Assembly (NCBI RefSeq): GCF_030296615.1
Contig: NZ_AP027732.1
Coordinates: forward strand, 2,545,042 to 2,609,041
Source of the DNA: Frondihabitans sucicola
GTDB lineage: Bacteria; Actinomycetota; Actinomycetes; Actinomycetales; Microbacteriaceae
Reading direction: 5' to 3'
Length of the DNA: 64,000 nucleotides
The notes beneath the pieces are model-generated. The model saw only the letters and a list, made by a program, of their open reading frames with translations, had not been told where the DNA came from and did not search any database. Position 1 is the stretch's first letter. Every line of letters starts with the position of its first letter. The translations under genes and the position numbers were made by a program. Positions 18,865 through 27,110 of this stretch are shown here, in pieces.

Positions 18865-19974
18865 TCAAAACGACCAAGGATCCAGGCGCGTGATGGCGAG
18901 TACGGCGGAGTCATCCGCATTGCCCACGAAGCCTCCACCCACCGATATTTCCCCTTGCCATGCAATTGTCGCGCCGACGCGGCACTTTTCAATTTCCGGA
19001 AGGCGGAGGCGAGTTCTGTCGAAAAGAAGTTCGCCGTCATCGTCGGTCGCCGCTTCGCGGATAGTTCGGTCACCCATGTCGAAGATGAAATTGTGATTCT
19101 CAGTTTGCACGTGCCAGAGACCTTGGTCGTTGTCGCGCAACTCAACGATCTGCTGCCCGATGTGGACGACGTCAGTGATTTCCGAAGGACTTTGACTCAA
19201 GGGAAATAGCTCTCCGACGCCCTGGGCCAAGAATGCAAGGCTGTCAAAGATATCGACCGCAATCATCAACGCGCTGCCGGAGTGAGTCTCGATGCTGATT
19301 TGATCTCCTCGACTGGCAACGTCGGCGACCAGGTCGGTGAATTGGCCAGAAGCGTCGTGGACGGAAATCGATCGTCGCGCAGGGAACTGTCCCGATGGCG
19401 TCACGTCGGCCTCACTCTCCGATGTGAGGGAGCTTCTCTCGTCGAGACGGTAGATCCCCGTGACGGCTGATCTAGAGGATCTCTGCGTCACTTCCCCTAT
19501 CCGGGCAGTAGACCAGGTCGCCACGGCTCCGACGCTGACCTCGACAATGGCGCCGAAGCCTTCACGTCCCATTGGGGTTCCACCACTTCCCGTCCGCTGG
19601 CCATAGAGCTGCCGGGCATCCATGTCGAAGATGAACAACTCGTCAGAGGTTCCGACCTTCCACGTGCCGGAGTCGGAATCGTAGAGATCTGTGATGGAGT
19701 CCCAGCGCGAGGTGTGCATGCCCGCATCGACGCGCTGGATATCGGGCTGGTTGAGAGCGACCAGCTCGGTGACGAGCGGGATCCAGGGTGCGAGATAGCT
19801 GGACGGGAGGAGAACGGCTCCGCCCCATCGTGACGTCGCCAAGATGGGTTCGCATCGGGAGATCACCGACGCGAGCACGCGCTCCAGGCCCTGCTGTATG
19901 TCGACTGCGGGTCTCGTCAGCACAATCGCCTCCCTGTGAGTCGGGAGATGGTCGTCCGCGAACCTCGTTGCCAC
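18865..19974 (-). CDS. hypothetical protein with two internal repeats (hFIFDMxxR motifs)
   Basis: 369 aa; LYDSDSGTWKVGTSDELFIFDMDARQLYG and NDQGLWHVQTENHNFIFDMGDRTIREA; last gene of a translationally coupled operon; low GC. Confidence 0.45.
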   Translation of the reverse strand: MATRFADDHLPTHREAIVLTRPAVDIQQGLERVLASVISRCEPILATSRWGGAVLLPSSYLAPWIPLVTELVALNQPDIQRVDAGMHTSRWDSITDLYDSDSGTWKVGTSDELFIFDMDARQLYGQRTGSGGTPMGREGFGAIVEVSVGAVATWSTARIGEVTQRSSRSAVTGIYRLDERSSLTSESEADVTPSGQFPARRSISVHDASGQFTDLVADVASRGDQISIETHSGSALMIAVDIFDSLAFLAQGVGELFPLSQSPSEITDVVHIGQQIVELRDNDQGLWHVQTENHNFIFDMGDRTIREAATDDDGELLFDRTRLRLPEIEKCRVGATIAWQGEISVGGGFVGNADDSAVLAITRLDPWSF

Positions 19975-19975
19975 C

Positions 19976-20773
19976 TCATCCCCACCTCCAGTGGAGCGTT
20001 TCTAGTTCAAGAACGCCGATATTTCCCGGTCGTTCATCGGGCGCCATGGAATAGACGCGACGGCCGTCTTCGAGGGTTGCTTCGGCTCGGCTGTGGATGT
20101 GGCCGTGGAACAGGATGCCAGGGTGGATGGCATTCCACAGGTCTGTTGTTCGGGAGCGCGAGATGGCGGACGCCCAGAGTCGGTCCGCTGGCCATCTGCC
20201 GGGGTTCCGTCCTTCCTCGATGCCTGCCGTCGCTTCGGTGGCGCCGTTGACGGCCTCGTGAGTGAGCATGATGTCTGCCGGGCCCGATAGAGCGGCCTCC
20301 GCGTACGCTTCTTTGCGGGCGACCTCGTCTGGCCACCAATCGCGGTTTTTTCCGTGAGCATTTCGCCGGTGCCGATCTACCGACGCCGCTCCCCCGAACG
20401 ACATGAACGTGCGCCCTCCGATCACGAAACGGTATCCGTGTGGCAGGACCCAGATGTGCTGACCGATCCGAACGGGCTCTCGTCGCACCCATGCAGGTGT
20501 GCTTCTAAGGCGGCCATAGTCTTCATGGTTTCCGGGGGTAATGAGAACTTGCTCGATCCCATTGCCGCGGCACCGGGCGTCGACCATGTTCACGAAAGCC
20601 TTGGCGACGCGACCTCGCCCGATGTTGAAATCGCCCAATTGCAAGATCGTCTTCGCCCCTGGCGCCATCTGTGCGGCGCGAGGGATGACCTTCATGGCCC
20701 AGATGATGTTGCTGTGCCAATCTCCCGCCACGACCACGCGCGGATCCGCCGCGTCGGGAACCCACGCGGTCAT
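19976..20773 (-). CDS. calcineurin-like metallophosphoesterase
   Basis: VVVAGDWHSN, GDFN, ITPGNHE, FHGHIH motifs; stop overlaps the upstream gene. Confidence 0.75.
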   Translation of the reverse strand: MTAWVPDAADPRVVVAGDWHSNIIWAMKVIPRAAQMAPGAKTILQLGDFNIGRGRVAKAFVNMVDARCRGNGIEQVLITPGNHEDYGRLRSTPAWVRREPVRIGQHIWVLPHGYRFVIGGRTFMSFGGAASVDRHRRNAHGKNRDWWPDEVARKEAYAEAALSGPADIMLTHEAVNGATEATAGIEEGRNPGRWPADRLWASAISRSRTTDLWNAIHPGILFHGHIHSRAEATLEDGRRVYSMAPDERPGNIGVLELETLHWRWG

Positions 20774-21432
20774 ACCCCGGATCGATCGGCAATAGTGCGT
20801 TGAAGATCGTTCAATGCATTTAGAACGGGTTGCATGTCGCCTCCACTGCTGAGCCAACCGACGGGAGTGGCCGCCGCATGTCGGCGCAGCGTGGGTTGAG
20901 CGTCGTACATGAAGTCGCCGAGGTCATGGATTCGTTTGGCGTCTTCAAGATCGTGCAGGCCCTGGAGGCTGTTGAGCAGGCCGGTATGGGTCGAAGAGTC
21001 GATTTGCCAGGCGGGAATGAGCACGAGGTTTCCCACAAAGAATGCTGACAAAAGGCCACTGGCCAGCCACGCATCGACCTGTTGAAGAGGGATGTTTAGG
21101 TATGAGGCGAGGCTTTGCGGGACGAACGCGGACGCGATGTTGAGAATGAGGCTTCCCGCCAGCTCTACATGAAGTTGCCCACTCCGGGCGGCTTCCTCAG
21201 CGTCCGAGAGTTGCGTGCTCGTGACAATCCCGGAGTCCACGAGGAAAGAACGAACGTCCTCGGTGAGCATCGACGCGCCCGGACCAGGCGCGCTCCTAAG
21301 GGCACTATTGACCGCCGCCCATCCCGTTTCGGAGTCGACGTCCCCCGAGTGCAGGAGGGCGTGCAGCCCCTGAGAGTCTCGTCGGAGGGACGCGTCCGCT
21401 TCCAGGCGAGCCTCAGTAGGTCGGTCAGTCAC
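20770..21432 (-). CDS. hypothetical protein with two predicted TM helices
   Basis: 221 aa; GTG start overlapping the stop of 21425-21976; hydrophobic stretch LAGSLILNIASAFVPQSLASYLNIPLQQVDAWLASGLLSAFFVGNLVLIPAW. Confidence 0.4.
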   Translation of the reverse strand: MTDRPTEARLEADASLRRDSQGLHALLHSGDVDSETGWAAVNSALRSAPGPGASMLTEDVRSFLVDSGIVTSTQLSDAEEAARSGQLHVELAGSLILNIASAFVPQSLASYLNIPLQQVDAWLASGLLSAFFVGNLVLIPAWQIDSSTHTGLLNSLQGLHDLEDAKRIHDLGDFMYDAQPTLRRHAAATPVGWLSSGGDMQPVLNALNDLQRTIADRSGV

Positions 21433-21976
21433 GAGCGGCCTCAAGGGCGGAGAACAGACTGTCCTCCGCTCCTCCGACGTGGGCCCACTCGATGGCATTT
21501 AGAGCGAGATTCATCTTCAGAGCGCGTTGAGGGGTCGTCATGAATGCGCTCAGGAGTCGCCAGTCCATTCCGTCGGCACTTGAAAGGATTTGTTCCAGGC
21601 CCGGCAGGAGGTCGCGGGGACTCTCCTCTGTGAATTGCCAAAGCGGAACCCGCTGCTCCCCGTCCACGAGGACCGCCAGAAGACGGCCGGCAGCGATCAG
21701 CCCTCTGACCTCGCCTTGGGGAATCGTCAGGAGCGTGGCTGCTCGCGAAACACTGGTCGTCAAGATCGGCTCCCGCGCGTAGCTCGTCGCACAGAAGCTC
21801 TCGGCAGCTTCGGGCAACGGCCAGTCGCCAGACCGTTGCGGCGTCCTCGATGCACGAATAGACCCGCGCACTCCATCGGCGAGTCCCCTGAGAAATCCGG
21901 CCCGCCCGATTGAAAGCGTGTCAGCGAAGGCGAGGACTTGCTGGAAAGAGGCAGATACGAAGACGGCGGAATCCAT
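21425..21976 (-). CDS. excisionase-type (HTH_17/MerR-like) DNA-binding protein with C-terminal domain (possibly Xre/MbcA/ParS antitoxin-like)
   Basis: ATLLTIPQGEVRGLIAAGRLLAVLVDGEQRVPLWQF helix-turn-helix; C-terminal ~80 aa PQRALKMNLALNAIEWAHVGGAEDSLF. Confidence 0.45.
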   Translation of the reverse strand: MDSAVFVSASFQQVLAFADTLSIGRAGFLRGLADGVRGSIRASRTPQRSGDWPLPEAAESFCATSYAREPILTTSVSRAATLLTIPQGEVRGLIAAGRLLAVLVDGEQRVPLWQFTEESPRDLLPGLEQILSSADGMDWRLLSAFMTTPQRALKMNLALNAIEWAHVGGAEDSLFSALEAARD

Positions 21977-22148
21977 GGGACAGCTTTCGAGTGAGGCGAC
22001 CCCAAGCCGGGTCGTCGCGTGGAGCGAGCTGGCCGGTTGACCTGCTCACTTTCCTCTCGTGCTGCGTCCCTCACAGCGGTGTTGCGTCCGAACCTGACGG
22101 AGTGCGCTCCGCCCGGAAAGGATTGAATGTGGCCGGCGCTGACGTCGG

Positions 22149-22847
22149 TCATGCCATGTTCCAAATTTCGAAGAGGCGCTCCGATGAACCCTCCAGGTAG
22201 CGGAGCAGCGTTGCGGCGACCGGTCGAGCGGAACCTCCGCTGAGCAGAAAATCCCGAGGCGACAAGTGATCTTTGCCACGCCGCGGAAGAGTCGGATCAT
22301 CGAGCGTCATGATGGCTCTCGTGAATGCAGCGGGAATTTCCGGAGGTATCGCCGCGACGATCATCTCCATCTGCTGGGTTATGACCTTCGCGCTGCGGCC
22401 ATCGCTTGTAAATTCGAACTGCCACGACGGCAACAGGTACCGATCTGCGGCCCTGATCGCATGGAGCCTGCCCCACTCAATGTCGTCGAGTACGACACGC
22501 GTCGAACACCCCAGCAAGGACGCCACCTCGTTGGGAGTGAGTGACATGCCGACGTCGAGAAACGACATCCTCGCCAAGATCTCTCGGATGTCGTCGGCTT
22601 CTAGGTGACCATTGAGTCGAGATGGCCGCTCTTCCATGGTCAGCCGCTCCAGTAGCAGCAGGTGGTGCGCTTTTTTCAGCCCAAGCGAGTTGACACTGAG
22701 CGCCTCGAGGATCGAGCTGAGGTCGTTGACGGTGTCCACGGGATCGATGCCGAAGGCCTTGAGTGACATTTCTAGACGGCCGGCCGCGCTGGACCACGTA
22801 CGGAGGTCAGATCCCTGAGCCGACTGCGAGCCCGCTGACGATGCCAT
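22149..22847 (-). CDS. excisionase-type HTH protein, paralogous architecture to 21425-21976 (N-terminal extension + HTH + DUF2384-like C-terminus)
   Basis: SLTPNEVASLLGCSTRVVLDDIEWGRLHAIRAADRYLLPSWQF; C-terminal TLDDPTLPRRGKDHLSPRDFLLSGGSARPVAATLLRYLEG. Confidence 0.45.
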   Translation of the reverse strand: MASSAGSQSAQGSDLRTWSSAAGRLEMSLKAFGIDPVDTVNDLSSILEALSVNSLGLKKAHHLLLLERLTMEERPSRLNGHLEADDIREILARMSFLDVGMSLTPNEVASLLGCSTRVVLDDIEWGRLHAIRAADRYLLPSWQFEFTSDGRSAKVITQQMEMIVAAIPPEIPAAFTRAIMTLDDPTLPRRGKDHLSPRDFLLSGGSARPVAATLLRYLEGSSERLFEIWNMA

Positions 22848-22861
22848 GCCATCAAATTAGT

Positions 22862-22877
22862 ACACTTTTGTGTACTG
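22862..22877. promoter_or_regulatory. perfect 16-bp palindrome GTACACTTTTGTGTAC in the divergent promoter region (candidate XRE operator)
   Basis: seen directly, 14 bp downstream of the start of the (-) gene at 22847 and 66 bp upstream of the xre ATG. Confidence 0.5.
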
Positions 22878-22942
22878 TGCCATGGCTAGAGTTGCGGAAG
22901 TCTTGGACGGTGCCAAATTCTGGATCTGAGAACTTCGAGGCC

Positions 22943-23149
22943 ATGCGTTCTGCCCTGGAAAGGCTTCGGCACGAGCGGGGATTTAGCTTCGAGCGTTTGC
23001 GCGACGAATCGGGTGTCTCTCGGACAGCCATTATCAAGTTGGAACAGGGGCGATCCACGGGCAGCCTGAGGACATGGTGCAAAATTTCGAATGCCTTGGG
23101 AGTTCCCTTCTGGCAACTAGCTAAGTACCTGGACGAGCCAATCGGGTGA
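22943..23149 (+). CDS. XRE-family HTH transcriptional regulator (68 aa)
   Basis: MRSALERLRHERGFSFERLRDESGVSRTAIIKLEQGRSTGSLRTWCKISNALGVPFWQLAKYL. Confidence 0.6.
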   Translation: MRSALERLRHERGFSFERLRDESGVSRTAIIKLEQGRSTGSLRTWCKISNALGVPFWQLAKYLDEPIG

Positions 23150-23738
23150 ATGTGAGAAGGCCGTTGCACTTTTGTCAGAAGACGCGCCACCTACCGGATT
23201 GCTTCTTCGAGCGAACCGCGGCATGGGTCACGTGCCGCCTCGATACTGAGCGGGTGACGACTCGTGAAGACCTGCGGCCGCCGTGAGTTCGAATTCCACA
23301 ACTAAGCGCCCGCACCCGTAGTTCGGTCAACATACCTACATCCCTGAGTTCAGCCCTCGGAGTCACCGGGCGCTCGGCCTGAGCATCCCACCTCGGCACG
23401 ATTCTCATGGCTTGGGCGTCGTCATCGGACCCCGGCTGTCGTTGCTCGGACGACGGGAACAAAACTAGGAGCGGCGACCGCCGTTGTCGTTCTAAGTAGT
23501 CGCTGACCTGCGCCTATCTGTCGACAGCGGACCTACTCCGCCTGCTACTCAAAGTCCTCTTCGAATGGTGGTTCATCAATCCCATTGCGGCCCTCGTCCT
23601 CGTCTTCTTCGGCGTCCGCGAAAAAGTCGATGCCCGAAGGACGATGCCTGCGCCACGTTCGTAGGCATGCTCCTACGAAAAGTAAACGTTGACTTCATTC
23701 CTGCCCAAGGTTCTGCTTCCTTAGTCCAAGACTTCCCG

Positions 23739-23797
23739 GCCTGGCTTTTTGTTGTCCTGGTCGTTGAGCGCGACTCCCTGAATTAGATGCAACTCCC
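23739..23797. repeat. right terminal inverted repeat of the element
   Basis: reverse complement matches 4635-4693. Confidence 0.7.
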
Positions 23798-24205
23798 GGC
23801 TCCCGAACAGCGGCTCCTGCCAGTATTTCGGGCGATCCCGAGAGGGGTCGATTGGACGGAACCGGTGGCAAGGCTGCCGACGCTGACGGCCGTCGAAGGC
23901 TTGAGCGCGACTCCGGTGTTCGCCGACGCGGGCGAAGCGCCGGTGATGAGTGCTCCGACGAGCCCGCCGACGACGATGAGAGCGATGGCAATGTAGGGCG
24001 CGGTGCGGGGCCGTGTGTCATCCTGCGAGGAAACACCTCCGGTTCGTCGATTCTGCAGGTTGTAGACGACGGACGCGGCCATCAGCGCCAGACCGATCCC
24101 CCACAGCAGAATTGCAAGCCCCGAAAAGGCTGGGACGAACGACAGTGAAATGGCGCCGAGGGGCAGCACGGCCAAGGCGGCACTGCGTGAACGAATGGAC
24201 TGCAT
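23783..24205 (-). CDS. small membrane protein (3-4 TM); last codons and stop lie inside IR-R
   Basis: AAGGAAGG RBS then ATG; MQSIRSRSAALAVLPLGAISLSFVPAFSGLAILLWGIGLALMAASVV... Confidence 0.5.
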   Translation of the reverse strand: MQSIRSRSAALAVLPLGAISLSFVPAFSGLAILLWGIGLALMAASVVYNLQNRRTGGVSSQDDTRPRTAPYIAIALIVVGGLVGALITGASPASANTGVALKPSTAVSVGSLATGSVQSTPLGIARNTGRSRCSGAGSCI

Positions 24206-24327
24206 CTCTGGACAACCTTCCTTGGTTCCGATCGAGCCGGTCGACTCATTCGAATCCTGGCGTGATTCATCCAGTATGTCACGTGTTTCATGAAGTAATC
24301 CTGGCGACGAATTCGGGACAGGAAGGG

Positions 24328-25116
24328 TCAGGGGGCGACGCTCGAGCGGTGCACGACGCGATCCTGCCCGACACGGATGAGCTCGCCGGCGTCGAGCTCG
24401 CGCCACCGCGGATCGTCGTCGAGACGCTCGCTCGCCACGACGACCGACGCTCCGGCCGCCAGGTCGTTCGACTGAGCCCGCATCGCCGATCCGGCGCCCC
24501 GGAACATCTCGCCTGCGGGCCGCTCCAGCACGAACAGCGAGTTCGTCGACGGATACCGCAGCGCCCACAGCTCGGTCGGCGTGATCAGCACGAAGTTGAG
24601 AGAGACGACCGGCAGCTCGGCGATCACCCACGAGACGGCCGAGGAGATGCCCGCCGCCAGGTCGCCGCCGCACGCGAGAGTCGACGCCGTGATCAGCGCG
24701 AAGAAGCGCTCGCTGTCCGTCTCCCCTGACGGCCCACCGCGACGACGGCGGAAACGACGCCAATCGGGCCTCGAGCGCCGGCAGATCGCCGATGTCGCCG
24801 TTGTGCGCGAAGAGCCGGCCGTCCTGAGAGAACGGGTGGGCGTTCGCCGGTGAGATGCTGCCCTGGCTCGCGTGCCGGACATGGGCGATCATCGTCGTTC
24901 CGCGCAGCCGGTGGGCGGCGCTGGCGAAGTCGGGGTCCGACCAGGCGGGCAGGGCGTCCTTGTCGACGAGCGGGACTCCCCAGGCTGGAACGTGCCGATC
25001 CCGAACCCGTCGGGATTGCGTCGGCTCTGGACGGACAGGCTGTCGGAGGCGTCGACCAACCAGAAGGTGGCGTCGGTGCGTCGATCGCCCGCGTGGAGTC
25101 CGAACAGGCGGCACAT
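24328..25116 (-). CDS. class II glutamine amidotransferase (YafJ/EgtC-like), two apparent single-base frameshifts (~24978 G-run, ~24885)
   Basis: MCRLFGLHAGDRRTDATFWL (N-terminal Cys nucleophile) / ...MIAHVRHASQGSISPANAHPFSQDGRLFAHNGDIGDL / ...SERFFALITAS...LNFVLITPTELWALRYP in three frames. Confidence 0.6.
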
Positions 25117-25172
25117 GCGCTCAGTCTGCGCCTTGAGACCGTGAAGACGCCCGCGGCACTACCGTTGTCGAT

Positions 25173-26429
25173 GTGTGGACCTCGATCGATCGCCGACCGT
25201 TCCTCGTCGACGTCATCGTCGCCGTGGTCGCCTTCGCGTTCTTCGCCGCGCTCGACGTCACGCGGACGGGCTGGCAGACGGTCCCCGTCGACGCCCTGTT
25301 CGCCCTGGCCATCGCGTTCCGTCGCCGCTCCCCCGGCGTCGGCCTCGCCATCGCCTGGGTGGGAGCCCTGACGCAGCTCGTCGTCCTCCCGTCGTTCATC
25401 AACGGCAACGTGCTGATCGCCGTCGTCATCTTCGCCACCAGCCTCGCCGAGCAGCCCCTCGTCCAGCGCCTCGGACTCGTCTCGAGCGTGGTCGGCGGCA
25501 TCATCGCGAGCGTCAAACTCGTCCTCATCACCGGCGACTTCCTCCCCCAGGGCCAGCCCGAAGCGCAGGAGGCGATCTCCCGCGTCATCTACTTCGTCGG
25601 TGTGGCAGGCATCGTGGCGGCGGCCCTCGCAGTGTTCTGGCTGCTGGGCATGATCGCCCGAGTTCGGCGAGAGCTCCTCGCCGCCCGCCTCGAACGCCTC
25701 GAGAGCGAGCAGGATCTCCTCCGCGCCGATCTCCGGGTAGCGCAAGAGACCGAGCGCTCCCGGATCTCCCGCGAGATGCACGACGCCATCGGTCACTCCC
25801 TGGCGGTGATCATCGCGCAGTCCGACGGCGCCCGGTACGCCGTGGCGAAGAACCCGCAGGCGGCGACGGAGGCCCTCGGCGTCATCAACCGCTCCGCGCG
25901 ATCCGCGCTCGACGACGTCAGCGAGCTCCTGAGCGTCCTGGCCGGAGCCAACGGGCACCAGGGCTCTCTCGGCGCCGCCGACCTGCAGAACCTCCTGACG
26001 AACATGGAGTCGTCGGGGCTGGAGATCGGCTTCACGGAGACCGGGGATCGGCTCGAGCTCTCGCGATCCTGCGATCTCGCGTTGTACCGGGTCGTGCAGG
26101 AGGTGCTCACGAACGCCCTCAAACACGGAGGCCCCGGCACGCGGGTCGACATCGCCGTCGGCTGGACGCAGGCGGGGGTGTCCGTCGACTCGAAGACGAC
26201 CGAGACCGACGGGCCGGGGCTGCTCGCGACCGGCGAGCTGGCGCGCATCGAGGCGGGCGAGGCACCGACCGAACGGCGAGAGTCTCCGCGGGGCGGTTAC
26301 GGAATCGCGGGCATGATCGAACGTGTTCGCCTGGTCGGCGGCACCGTCGAGGCCCGTCCCCGTGCCGACGGTACCGCCGGGTTCACGGTCCACGCCACCA
26401 TCCCCCACGCCCCAGGAGGCTCCGAGTGA
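25173..26429 (+). CDS. sensor histidine kinase (HisKA_3 / NarL-partner type)
   Basis: N-terminal TM helices, SREMHDAIGHSLAVIIAQSDGA H-box, C-terminal HATPase (VQEVLTNALKHGG ... GYGIAGMIERV). Confidence 0.8.
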   Translation: MWTSIDRRPFLVDVIVAVVAFAFFAALDVTRTGWQTVPVDALFALAIAFRRRSPGVGLAIAWVGALTQLVVLPSFINGNVLIAVVIFATSLAEQPLVQRLGLVSSVVGGIIASVKLVLITGDFLPQGQPEAQEAISRVIYFVGVAGIVAAALAVFWLLGMIARVRRELLAARLERLESEQDLLRADLRVAQETERSRISREMHDAIGHSLAVIIAQSDGARYAVAKNPQAATEALGVINRSARSALDDVSELLSVLAGANGHQGSLGAADLQNLLTNMESSGLEIGFTETGDRLELSRSCDLALYRVVQEVLTNALKHGGPGTRVDIAVGWTQAGVSVDSKTTETDGPGLLATGELARIEAGEAPTERRESPRGGYGIAGMIERVRLVGGTVEARPRADGTAGFTVHATIPHAPGGSE

Positions 26430-27093
26430 CGACCATCCGCGTCGGTCTCGCCGACGATCAGCCGCTCTTCCGAGCCGGGATCCGCATGATCCTCGATTCC
26501 CAGGACGACTTCGACGTCGTCTGGGAGGCGAGCGACGGAGCCGAGGCGATCGCGGCCGCGCGCTCGCAGCCGGTCGATCTGGTTCTGATGGACCTCGAGA
26601 TGCCCGGAGTCGGCGGTGTGGAGGCGACCACCGCGATCCTGCACCCGGACGATCCCGCCGATGTCGTCGCCGGCCTGCGGATCGTGGTTCTCACCACGTT
26701 CGAGCTCACCGACACGACGTTCAAGGCGATTCAGGCCGGGGCCAGCGGCTTTCTGCTCAAGAACGCCGACCCCGAGTTCCTGCTCGCCTCCTCCGCACCG
26801 TCCACGCCGGGTCCGCCGTCGTGGCGCCGTCGGTGATGACCGGGCTCGTGGAGCGGTTCGCCCGCAAGACGACGGACGTCGACACCGACGCGCTTCGCGA
26901 CCTCACGGCGCGCGAGCGGGAGATCTTCGCCCTGCTCGCCTCCGGCCTCAGCAACAACGAGATCGCCGCCCACCGCCAGCTCAGCGACGCGACGGTCAAA
27001 TCGCACGTGAGCAGGATCCTGGGGAAGCTGGAGCTCCGCGACCGCGTTCAGCTCGTCATCTACGCCTACGAGAACGGCCTCGTGTCGCCGTGA
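26426..27093 (+). CDS. LuxR/NarL-family response regulator (apparent single-base frameshift ~26788 in a C-run)
   Basis: GTGA overlap with the kinase stop; receiver IRVGLADDQPLFRAGIRMIL...DLVLMDLEMPGVGG; C-terminal LTAREREIFALLASGLSNNEIAAHRQLSDATVKSHVSRILGKL. Confidence 0.75.
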
Positions 27094-27110
27094 GGCGGCT
27101 GTAGGCGAGG

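Larger units (their letters stand above)
4635..23797. mobile_element. putative ~19.2 kb integrative/transposable element bounded by ~59-bp imperfect terminal inverted repeats; carries recombinases, arsenic and metal resistance, and an unknown lower-GC operon
   Basis: IR-L 4635-4693 (cgggaaTTGCATCTAATGCAGGAACTCCCGCTCAACGACCAGGACAACAAAAAGCCAGG); IR-R revcomp 23739-23797 (cgggagTTGCATCTAATTCAGGGAGTCGCGCTCAACGACCAGGACAACAAAAAGCCAGG); tyrosine recombinase gene just inside IR-L; serine recombinase; gene remnant; GC drops in 7.8-9.8 kb and 18.8-23.7 kb; flanks are conserved core genes. Confidence 0.6.

Noticed and set aside
18865-22847. Calling the operon a RES-Xre (MbcTA/ParST) toxin-antitoxin system
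   Set aside because: Two proteins have Xre/MbcA-like HTH+tail architecture, but no RES-domain (R-E-S motif) protein is present; similarity judged by eye only.
24693-26408. 571-aa antisense ORF over the histidine kinase gene; also 25175-26836 (553 aa) and 26731-28263 (510 aa)
   Set aside because: Antisense or out-of-frame; composition-biased. 25175-26836 is only real in its last ~130 codons (response-regulator receiver domain).
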